Source: Armatimonadota bacterium
Lineage (GTDB): Bacteria; Armatimonadota; Zipacnadia; Zipacnadales; UBA5352
Direction: 5' to 3'
Length of the DNA: 29,934 nt
Assembly: GCA_034722055.1 (NCBI GenBank)
Contig: JAYENL010000194.1
Location: 1-29,934 of the forward strand
In this document: one piece after another, positions 18,175 to 25,710 of the stretch
Numbering within the stretch: the first letter of the stretch is position 1
Layout: every line of letters begins with the position of its first letter
Translations under genes and position numbers: made by a program
Notes under the pieces: generated by a model
Database searches by the model: none
The model's input: the letters and a program-made list of their open reading frames with translations, nothing else
What the model was told of the DNA's origin: nothing

Positions 18175-19370
18175 TGGCGCGCGGGGGCAGGCCGTGGCGG
18201 ATCGCGTTCTATGACGCCTTCGCGTCGGTTGACGGCCCGGGCATGGTGCTGCTGGAGCTGCTGCAGCACCTTGACCGCAGCCGCTTCCAGCCGCACGTGG
18301 TGCTGCCGCGGGAGGGCACGTTGATGGCCGGTCTCCGGGAGGCGGACCTCTGCCCGGTGGAGGTGCTGCCCCCACTGCCTCCGCTCGACGCCTACGGGAA
18401 GCGGCTGCTGCAGGCGGGGGCGATCGCCAGGCTCCGAGCCGGGATCGCGCTGTTGCGGCATACCGCCCAGCTTCGGCGCTGGCTCCGTCAGGCCGACATC
18501 GCACTGCTTCACTGCAATCAGACTCGGGCTGCGGTGCAGGCCGGTCCCGCGGGGCGCATCGCCGGGCTTCCGGTGGTCTGGAATGCGCGCATCCGCGAGC
18601 GCCTGCCGGCTTCGGTAGTGCGCATCGCGGCCTGGTCCGCCGACCGCATCATCCCCCTGACGGACGACACCTTCAGCGAGCTACCGGAGACCTTCGGTCT
18701 CAACGAGGCCGGCCTCCGCGCCATCTCCACCGTCATCCCCAACGCCATCGACCCCCTACGCTTCCATCCGTCGGTGGATGGTACACACGTCCGGGAGGAG
18801 CTGGGCATTCCGACCGACGTGCCGGTGCTCCTTTCGGTGGGAGTGCTGGTGCCACGCAAGGGCCATGACGTCCTCATCAGGGCCATGCCGGCCATCCGCC
18901 GGCATCAGCGCGACGCGCGTCTTCTGATCGCCGGGGGGCCGGCGGAGGGGCGCGAGCACTGTCGGTCGGAGCTGGAGGAGCTGGCGTCGGGGGAGGGCGT
19001 GTCGGCTGCCGTGCGTATGCTGGGCCGCCGGGACGACGTCCCGGAGCTGCTGGCCGCGGCGGACGTCTTCGTCCTGGCCTCCCGGCATGAGGGTCATCCG
19101 GCGGCGGTCCTGGAGGCGATGGCAGCCGGGACGCCGGTGGTGGTGACGCCGCCGGCCGCCGTAGCGGTGGCGGACGGGGTCACGGGCATCGTCGTTCCGC
19201 CTGACGAGCCTGAGGCGGTGGCGGAGGCCGTCCTCGAGCTGCTGGCCCGGCCGGAGCGCGCCCACGCGACGGCGCTGGCGGCGCGCCAGCACGTCGAGCG
19301 GCATCACCACATCCGGGAGATGGTCCGCGCCTATGAGCGCGTCTACCTCGAGCTGCTGGAGGGCGCCTGA
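18171..19370 (+). CDS. Glycosyltransferase family 4 (GT-B)
   Basis: VIPNAID, VGVLVPRKGH, GRRDDV, and SRHEGHPAAVLEAMAAG (EX7E). GTGATG overlaps the upstream stop; start is 18171 or 18174. Confidence 0.9.
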   Translation: MMARGGRPWRIAFYDAFASVDGPGMVLLELLQHLDRSRFQPHVVLPREGTLMAGLREADLCPVEVLPPLPPLDAYGKRLLQAGAIARLRAGIALLRHTAQLRRWLRQADIALLHCNQTRAAVQAGPAGRIAGLPVVWNARIRERLPASVVRIAAWSADRIIPLTDDTFSELPETFGLNEAGLRAISTVIPNAIDPLRFHPSVDGTHVREELGIPTDVPVLLSVGVLVPRKGHDVLIRAMPAIRRHQRDARLLIAGGPAEGREHCRSELEELASGEGVSAAVRMLGRRDDVPELLAAADVFVLASRHEGHPAAVLEAMAAGTPVVVTPPAAVAVADGVTGIVVPPDEPEAVAEAVLELLARPERAHATALAARQHVERHHHIREMVRAYERVYLELLEGA

Positions 19371-20972
19371 ATGTCGCGGGTACTGCTGGTGGGCATCGAC
19401 GGCGCCTCTCCGACCATGCTGCGGAGATGGATGGAGGCGGGCGAGCTGCCGGCTCTGGCGGAGCTCGCCGAGGCCGGCTGCTTCGGCGCTCTGCGCTCCA
19501 CGCCCAACATGACCAGCCCCTCGGCCTGGACGAGCATGTCCACCGGCGTGCAGCCCGGCCGCCACGGCATCTTCAGCTTCTTCGACCGCATTCCCGGGAC
19601 CCGGCGATTCCGCCTCAGCACTGCGAGCGCGCGGTGCGCCGAGCCGTGGTGGCTGATCGCCTCGCGGGCCGGCCGGCGCGTGACGGTGCTGAACGTGCCC
19701 TGCACGTGGCCGGCCGACGCGGTCAACGGGCTGCAGGTCGCCGGCTGGCTGGCGCCGTCGCCCCGGGCGCCGGGCTTCACGCACCCGCCGGAGCTGGCCA
19801 GCGAGCTGGGGGCGCGCTTTGGGGCCTACCCGCTGCACTCGGACGTGCAGCGCCTTGTCGCCGCCCGCCGCCACGGAGCCGCGCGCAAGCGCATCCTCAC
19901 CAACCTCCGCCGGAAGGGGCAGATCGCCGCGGAGCTGCTGGCGCGCGAGCGGTGGGACCTGATGGCCGTGGCATTCACCGACACCGACGCCGCGCAGCAC
20001 TACTACATGCACCTCAGCGATCCCGGGCACCCCCAGCATGACCCCGCCCTGTCCGAGCGCGTCGGGGACGTCGTGCTGGAGGCCTACCGGGAGGTGGATG
20101 GCGCTTTGGCGCGGCTGATTGCTGTCGCGGAGCCGGACGTGGTCCTGGTGGCGTCCGATCACGGGGCCCGTCCGGCCCATCATGGAGAGCTGTATCTGCC
20201 CGGCCTGTTCGATGCCTTGGGCTGGCAGGTTCGCCGGCGCGGACTGCTGCGGCGGATCGCGACGAGCCTCGGCCGCATCGTCCCCGCCGGGCTCAAGCAT
20301 CGGCTGGCCGCGGCCAGGCGCGACCTGGCCTCGGAGCTGCTGGCGGGGGATATCGCGTGGGGGCGAACGCGCGCCTTCTCGCTGCTCGTCGGTGGTCGGG
20401 CCGACGCCTGGCTGAACGTGGCGGGCCGCGATGAGGGCGGCCTGCTGCCCGAGGCTGAAGGCCATCGGATGCGACAGGAGATCCGCGAGGTCCTGCTGTC
20501 ATGCCGCGATGCCGCCACCGGCCAGCAGCTCATCGAGGCGGTCATTGCCCGCGAGGAGCTCTACGAGGGCCCGTGGATCGCCTGCGCTCCCGACCTGCTG
20601 GTGCGCTGGCGTGGGGGCCTGTCGCCCGTTCGCGGCCTGCGGTGCGGGAGCACCGTCATCGACCGCCCGGAGCAGCCGCCGCTGCAGACCGCACGCCACG
20701 CTCCCGAGGGCGTGTTCATCGCGGCCGGATGCGGTATCAGGCGTGGCGCTGAAATCCGCGGGGCGTCCATCTGCGACGTAGCCGCCACGGTGCTGCATCT
20801 GGGTGGCCTCGCGCTTCCGGGATGCCTCGATGGCCGGGTCCTCAGGGAGATGTTTCGGGAGCCGCCGGAGGTGGAGATCGACGATAGGGCTCTGCTGCCC
20901 GAGCGCCCGGGGACGGCCAACGCCGTGGAGCCGCAAGTCGCTGAGCGCCTCCGCCGCCTGGGCTACAGGTAG
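19371..20972 (+). CDS. Alkaline phosphatase superfamily protein (NPP/COG3379-like), paralog 4
   Basis: VGIDG, STPNMTSPSAWTSMSTG..PGRHG, DAAQH, ASDHG, ARHAPEG, DVAAT, RLRRLGY. Confidence 0.9.
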   Translation: MSRVLLVGIDGASPTMLRRWMEAGELPALAELAEAGCFGALRSTPNMTSPSAWTSMSTGVQPGRHGIFSFFDRIPGTRRFRLSTASARCAEPWWLIASRAGRRVTVLNVPCTWPADAVNGLQVAGWLAPSPRAPGFTHPPELASELGARFGAYPLHSDVQRLVAARRHGAARKRILTNLRRKGQIAAELLARERWDLMAVAFTDTDAAQHYYMHLSDPGHPQHDPALSERVGDVVLEAYREVDGALARLIAVAEPDVVLVASDHGARPAHHGELYLPGLFDALGWQVRRRGLLRRIATSLGRIVPAGLKHRLAAARRDLASELLAGDIAWGRTRAFSLLVGGRADAWLNVAGRDEGGLLPEAEGHRMRQEIREVLLSCRDAATGQQLIEAVIAREELYEGPWIACAPDLLVRWRGGLSPVRGLRCGSTVIDRPEQPPLQTARHAPEGVFIAAGCGIRRGAEIRGASICDVAATVLHLGGLALPGCLDGRVLREMFREPPEVEIDDRALLPERPGTANAVEPQVAERLRRLGYR

Positions 20973-21061
20973 CCACAAGCTGCAAGCTACCAGCTACAAG
21001 CCAACGGCCAACGGCTTCGAGCTCCTCGCTCGTAGGTTACTGCTTGCAGCCTGTTGCGGGA
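20971..21061. repeat. Degenerate 7-bp tandem repeat filling the gap between convergent genes
   Basis: agccaca agctgca agctacc agctaca agccaac ggccaac ggcttcg agctcct cgctcgt aggttac tgcttgc agcctgt tgcggga. The xGC register is kept in 12 of 13 units, and the right part is partly complementary to the left (gctgcaagc / gcttgcagc). Confidence 0.7.
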
Positions 21062-21063
21062 GC

Positions 21064-22323
21064 TCAGCGGCGCAGCAGCCGCTCGTACAGCGCCTCCACT
21101 GCCGCCACGAAGCGCTCGTGTCTGAACTGCCGAGCGTGGCAGCGTCCTGCCTCACCCATGCGTCGCGCCAGATCCGGATCGCCCGCCAGGCGGCTCACCG
21201 CGGCGGCCAGCGCGGCGTACCGCCCCGGCGGCACCAGGAGGCCGGTCTCCCCGTCAATCACCGCCTCCGGCGCGCCGTTGACCCGCGTCCCCACCACGGG
21301 CAGGCCCATTGCGGACGCCTCCAGGTAGGCGATCCCGAAGGGCTCCCACGCCGAGGAGAGCGCGAATAGATCGCAGGCCTGCAGGAGCCGAGGAACGTCC
21401 CGCCGAGGGCCTACCAGCCGCACGCGATCCGCCAGCCCGAGCCTCTCCACGCGCTCGCGCACGTCGTCCTCCAGCGGCCCGCCACCCACGATCAGCCAGT
21501 GCACGCGCCGCCTGAAGGCCGCCACCAGCGCCGCGGCCCTGATCAGCGTCCCGGGGTCCTTCTGCGGGGCCAGGCGCATCACCGATCCCACCACGACGGC
21601 GTCCTCAGGCAGCTCCAGCTCCCGGCGCACCCGCTCCCGTCCCGGGCCGTCGCCGGGCCGGAACCGCTCGGGATCGATCGACGGCCGGATGACCTCGTAC
21701 GTCCCCGATGATCCCACGCCATGTGCCAATCCCTCGTCCCGGATAGCCGCCGAGCAGGCGATGAGCGCGTCATACCACTCCGCGACCAGCCGCGCCTCCA
21801 GCGCCATCGCCAAGGGTGCAGCGGTGGCACGGACAGCTCTGTCCGTGCGCTGTTCCCGAGTTGCATTCAACGACCCACGGGCAGGAGTGCCCGTGGCACG
21901 GACCAGAGACGTCCTCGTCGTGGCGCGGGCCGGGTGCCATTCCCAGCCCCACAGATGCGCCACGGCGATGGGCACCGGCGCCACCTGGGCCGCCAGTGGC
22001 AGCAGCAGCTTGGACTTCGAGCCATGCGTGTGCACGATCTGGGGGCGATGTGTGCGTAACAGCTCCGCGACCTCCCACGCGGCGCGGATGTCTCGCAGGG
22101 GGCTGATGGCGCGGCCCAGGTGCGGGACCGGGAGCAGCTCGATGCCCCGCTGCCGGATCTCGTCGGCCAGGCTCCCCTCCGCGCCGGCATCGGTGCCTGC
22201 GGCCAGCGCCACCGAGTAGCGGCTGGGGTCGAGCCGCTCCGCGAGGGTCATCGCCATCAGCGTGGCGCCGCCCAGCGCGACATGCTCGACGACCTGCATC
22301 ACTCGCACGCGCTCGTCGCTCAC
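21064..22323 (-). CDS. Glycosyltransferase family 4 (GT-B) with an in-frame palindromic insertion
   Basis: RVMQVV..LGGA, HTHGSK, RLAPQKD, SAWEPFGIAYLEA (EX7E). GTG start at 22323 follows GGAGG (the ORF-track start 22359 is less likely). Confidence 0.88.
   Translation of the reverse strand: MSDERVRVMQVVEHVALGGATLMAMTLAERLDPSRYSVALAAGTDAGAEGSLADEIRQRGIELLPVPHLGRAISPLRDIRAAWEVAELLRTHRPQIVHTHGSKSKLLLPLAAQVAPVPIAVAHLWGWEWHPARATTRTSLVRATGTPARGSLNATREQRTDRAVRATAAPLAMALEARLVAEWYDALIACSAAIRDEGLAHGVGSSGTYEVIRPSIDPERFRPGDGPGRERVRRELELPEDAVVVGSVMRLAPQKDPGTLIRAAALVAAFRRRVHWLIVGGGPLEDDVRERVERLGLADRVRLVGPRRDVPRLLQACDLFALSSAWEPFGIAYLEASAMGLPVVGTRVNGAPEAVIDGETGLLVPPGRYAALAAAVSRLAGDPDLARRMGEAGRCHARQFRHERFVAAVEALYERLLRR
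21823..21930. repeat. REPIN-like inverted hairpin pair inside the GT4 coding sequence
   Basis: Hairpins gcacggacag-ct-ctgtccgtgc (21827-21848) and ccacgggca-ggag-tgcccgtgg (21875-21896) are inverted homologues. gtggcRcggRc occurs at 21824, 21893 and 21920. Confidence 0.7.
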
Positions 22324-22473
22324 GACGACCTCCCCGGCTGGTGGTGCTCGGCGGCCCATTCTTCACGCGCGCGGCGGCCCGGACCTCCAGCCGGAAGGAC
22401 AAACGCCGTGGTGGAGCGAACTCGCCAGGTGAGAGAGGGCCTGCAATGGGGGCACAGCCTGGGAGTGTGAGCG

Positions 22474-25230
22474 ATGGCGGAGGACCGTCTGGACCTGCTG
22501 GAGCTGCTGCGCGATCCCGCGCCCGCATATCGGCCACAGATGTTCTGGCTGCTCAACGGCCGGCTCACGCCCGACCGCATCCGCGACCAGATACGGCAGA
22601 TGCACGACCGCGGCTGCGGCGGGTTCTTCCTGCACCCCATGGGCGAGCGCTTCCGCCTCGGCGACTTCATCGAGGGGATCGATCCGCCCTACCTCTCGGA
22701 GGAGTACTTCGAGATGATCCACGTTGCGGTGGCGGAGGCCCACCGCCTGGGGATCTACGGCTGGCTCTACGACGAGGGCGGCTGGCCCAGCGGGCACGCC
22801 CAGGGCAGGGTCGTGGAGGGAAGCCCGGAGCTGCGGGGGCGCGTGCTGCGTATTGACGGCAGCGGTGAGGTCGTGGCCGAGGTGGTACTGGGCGGCACGG
22901 CGCTGCGGTTCACCGAGGACGTGGGCGGCTATCCGGTGGACACGCTCAACCCCGACGCCACGGAGCGCTTCATCGAGCTCACCCACCAGCGCTACGCCGA
23001 CGTCGTCGGGGAGTACTTCGGCGGCACCATACCCGGCATGTTCACCGATGAGGTGGCCGTGGGCGGCGACGTGGGGGGCGATGCGGTGCCCTGGACGCCC
23101 GGGATGCTGGAGGCCTTTGAGGGCCGGCGAGGCTTCGACCTTAGACCCTGGCTGCCGGCGCTGTTCTCCGACGACGCCCTCGGCCTGGAGCTGGCGGAGC
23201 ACTTCGCGGAGGAGGAGATCGCCGCGGTCCGCTGTGAGTTCAGCGAGCTGTGGACGGACCTGTTCGAGGAGGCCTACTTCCTGCCCCTCAACCGCTGGTG
23301 CGCCGAGCATGACCTCATCCACACCGGGCACGTGGGCGGGGAGGACGTCCTGCCAACGCACCGCCGGGGCTTCGGGCACTTCTTCAAAACCGCCGGCGCG
23401 CTGCACGCCCCTGGCGTCGATGCCATCTGGCGGCAGATCTTCCCGGACGGAGACAACTTCAGCTTCCCGCAGCTCGCGGCCTCGGCGCTGGCGCTGCAGC
23501 AGGAGCCCGGCCCGGCGCAGGACCCCTGGCGGAGGCTGGTCCTCAGCGAGAGCTTCGCGGTCTACGGCTACTCGCTGACGCCCGAGCAGATGCGCTGGGT
23601 CGCCGACTACCAGCTTCTGCGCGGCGTGAATTGCGTCGCGCCCATGGCGCTGTACTACGAGACCTCCGGCGGGCGCTTCATTGGCACCATGAGCCACCTC
23701 GGAGAGGGCAACCCGCTGTGGGACGGCTTCTCCTCCTTCGCGGACCACTGCGCCACCGTCAGCGCCGCCATCCGCGAGAGCCGGCCCGTCGCGGACGTGG
23801 CGGTCTATTACCCCATCGAGGCCGCGTGGGTAGGCGGCGAGGCGCTGGAGGAGGCCTGGGAGTCGCTTCGGGAGGTATGCGCGGCCCTGCACTCGCGGCA
23901 GGTGGCCTTCGAGTTCATCGACGCCCGCGCGCTGATGGCAGGCACCGTGGCCGATGGAGTGCTCGAGACGCCGGGGCAGCTCTTCGGTACCGTGATCGTG
24001 CCGCGGGTGCCGGTCATGCCCGTGGGAGCGCTGGAGCGGCTGGCGGAGCTGCGGGAGTCCGGCGGCCGCCTGGCTTTCTCCGGGGCGCTCCCGGAGATGT
24101 CGGCGGACTTCGACGCAAGCTCGGACTTCGAGCGCGCCCTCGACCGGCTGGCGGCTGCGTCGGTGGAGATGGACGAGTCGGGGGCCAGCAGAAGCCAGGC
24201 CGGAGATGGCTTTCGGCGCCTGGGCAGGACGCTGACCTTCGACTACGATGGCTTCACAGCGGCCCTGCTTGGGCCGAGGCAGAGCTCGCTGTTCACGCAG
24301 CAGGAGATAGCAGAGGGGGCGTGCCTGATCGTACCTGGCGAGGAGCTGGCCCGGCTCGCGGAGATGCTCGCCCTCGTGATCGGCCGGCACGAGCTGCAGC
24401 TCGACGAGCCTCAGCCGGAGCTGTCCATGGCCTCCCGGTCTGCGGGGGAGTACGGCGTGCACCTCATGCTCAACGAGAGCGACGCCGAGATCCAGGCCCG
24501 GCTGATGCTGGTCAGCGATCGCTGGCGCGAGGTGCTGCTGTGGGACACGCTGACGGCCCGAGAGCGCGTCATGGCCGTCCATGACGAGGTGAGCGAGCCA
24601 ACCTACTTCGCAGTCACGCTCGCCGGCTGGGAGTCCGCGCTGGTCATCACCCGGCCGCTGGGCGCCGCGGCGCCGGAGGTCGGTGCCGAGCACTCGCTGC
24701 TGCGCGTCACCAGCGAGGTGCGGGCGCAGTCCATCCAGGTGGTCGAGGAGGTGGTGATCACCACTGAGGGCGACCTGGAGGTCCGGGAGCACGCCTACAC
24801 GCCCAGCCACATCCCGGCGGACTTCCCTCTCAGGCCGCTGGAGGAGTTGGGGATGGCGGACTTTTCCGGGACCGTTCGGTACCATGTGGACCTGTATGTG
24901 CCGCCGGGTGACATTGACCGCCGGCTGTTCCTCGACCTCGGGGAGGTCGGCTGTGTGGCGCGGGCGTGGCTCAACGGCGAGGATCTTGGCGAGAGCGCCT
25001 GGCCCCCGCACCGCGTGGAGATCACCGGCCTGGTTGAGGCCAACCATAACGAGCTGATCGTGGAGGTGACCGATACGCTAGGGAACCAGGCCGCGCGCGA
25101 TGACGTCGTGGAGATGGCGCGCCAGCGCGGCTGGATGAACGCCTACTACGAGCGCACCCTCCCGTGGATGCGCCAGGACCGGCGGTCGGGCCTCATCGGG
25201 CCCGTCCAGGTCCTGCGCGAGTACGCCTGA
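22474..25230 (+). CDS. Glycoside hydrolase, GH106-like (alpha-L-rhamnosidase-like) with C-terminal GH2-type sugar-binding domain
   Basis: PQMFWLLNG, WLYDEGGWPSG, GMFTDE, HTGH, PGVD, SESF, ADVAVYYP, and C-terminal LFLDLGEV..A.AWLNGEDLG..AWPPHRVEIT....NELIVEVT..SGLIGPV. No signal peptide. GGGAG RBS. Confidence 0.8.
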   Translation: MAEDRLDLLELLRDPAPAYRPQMFWLLNGRLTPDRIRDQIRQMHDRGCGGFFLHPMGERFRLGDFIEGIDPPYLSEEYFEMIHVAVAEAHRLGIYGWLYDEGGWPSGHAQGRVVEGSPELRGRVLRIDGSGEVVAEVVLGGTALRFTEDVGGYPVDTLNPDATERFIELTHQRYADVVGEYFGGTIPGMFTDEVAVGGDVGGDAVPWTPGMLEAFEGRRGFDLRPWLPALFSDDALGLELAEHFAEEEIAAVRCEFSELWTDLFEEAYFLPLNRWCAEHDLIHTGHVGGEDVLPTHRRGFGHFFKTAGALHAPGVDAIWRQIFPDGDNFSFPQLAASALALQQEPGPAQDPWRRLVLSESFAVYGYSLTPEQMRWVADYQLLRGVNCVAPMALYYETSGGRFIGTMSHLGEGNPLWDGFSSFADHCATVSAAIRESRPVADVAVYYPIEAAWVGGEALEEAWESLREVCAALHSRQVAFEFIDARALMAGTVADGVLETPGQLFGTVIVPRVPVMPVGALERLAELRESGGRLAFSGALPEMSADFDASSDFERALDRLAAASVEMDESGASRSQAGDGFRRLGRTLTFDYDGFTAALLGPRQSSLFTQQEIAEGACLIVPGEELARLAEMLALVIGRHELQLDEPQPELSMASRSAGEYGVHLMLNESDAEIQARLMLVSDRWREVLLWDTLTARERVMAVHDEVSEPTYFAVTLAGWESALVITRPLGAAAPEVGAEHSLLRVTSEVRAQSIQVVEEVVITTEGDLEVREHAYTPSHIPADFPLRPLEELGMADFSGTVRYHVDLYVPPGDIDRRLFLDLGEVGCVARAWLNGEDLGESAWPPHRVEITGLVEANHNELIVEVTDTLGNQAARDDVVEMARQRGWMNAYYERTLPWMRQDRRSGLIGPVQVLREYA

Positions 25231-25282
25231 CGCCTGGCGGCATTGCCTGCCCATGTGACCGCCGACCGGTGTGTGCTTGGCT

Positions 25283-25508
25283 TGCAGCATCCAGATTCGT
25301 GTGCCCAGTGCGAGGGCCGCGGAGCGGACTGTCGCAATGCCGGTGGTAGGAGGGGAGGGGCCGCTTGAGGCTCCAGCGTGGTTTGCTGGAGCCGAAGCCG
25401 GCCGGGCCGTTCTGCCGTTCGGCGCAGGGCCTCGCGACGCTGTCTCGTGGGGTCGCGGGCATGGGCGGCGTCACTACAGAGGACAGGCACATGAATCTGG
25501 ATGCTGCC
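25283..25508. mobile_element. Non-autonomous miniature inverted-repeat element (MITE-like), about 225 bp
   Basis: TIRs gcagcatccagattcgtgtgcc (25284-25305) and ggcacatgaatctggatgctgc (25486-25507) match at 21/22. They are flanked by the direct repeat tgcttggctt (25274-25283 and 25509-25518). No transposase ORF inside. Confidence 0.8.
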
Positions 25509-25525
25509 TGCTTGGCTTCAGATGC

Positions 25526-25554
25526 TTGCATCCAGGCCCGAAGTGATGTACCAT
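25526..25554 (+). promoter_or_regulatory. Candidate sigma70 promoter for the aspartate-kinase-like gene
   Basis: TTGCAT (25526-25531), 17-bp spacer, TACCAT (25549-25554). The -35 sits in a small palindrome, gatgc-tt-gcatc (25521-25532). Confidence 0.45.
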
Positions 25555-25710
25555 CCGGGGCTCCGCCAGCGCGGTGAGGCCGCGTCGCCGGCGACGGGCT
25601 TTGCGGCCGGATCGGCCGTCGCATGGTCTCTGGTTCAGGTGCCATCGGCAGGTGAGATGAGCATGCGGCGCGGACCTGCTCCGTCGCGGACGGAAACGGA
25701 GTGAAGCACG

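Noticed and set aside
12262..20972. Calling the four AlkP paralogs formylglycine-dependent sulfatases
   Set aside because: They lack the (C/S)xPxR signature; they have the NPP-type (S/T)xxAWxSxxTG motif, and paralogs 2-4 have SDHG.
20971..21061. CRISPR array
   Set aside because: The period is 7 bp with no unique spacers, and there are no cas genes in the window.
22363..25047. 894-aa minus-strand ORF
   Set aside because: Antisense shadow of the GH106-like gene; no recognisable motifs, and long open antisense frames are expected in high-GC coding DNA.
25520..25710. Canonical lysine riboswitch upstream of the aspartate-kinase-like gene
   Set aside because: I could not find the conserved L-box core elements; kept only as a low-confidence structured-leader finding.
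25231..25710. Small ORFs spanning the MITE region (e.g. 25271-25546, 25193-25645)
   Set aside because: No transposase or other motifs and no convincing RBS; the region is better explained by the MITE and a promoter.
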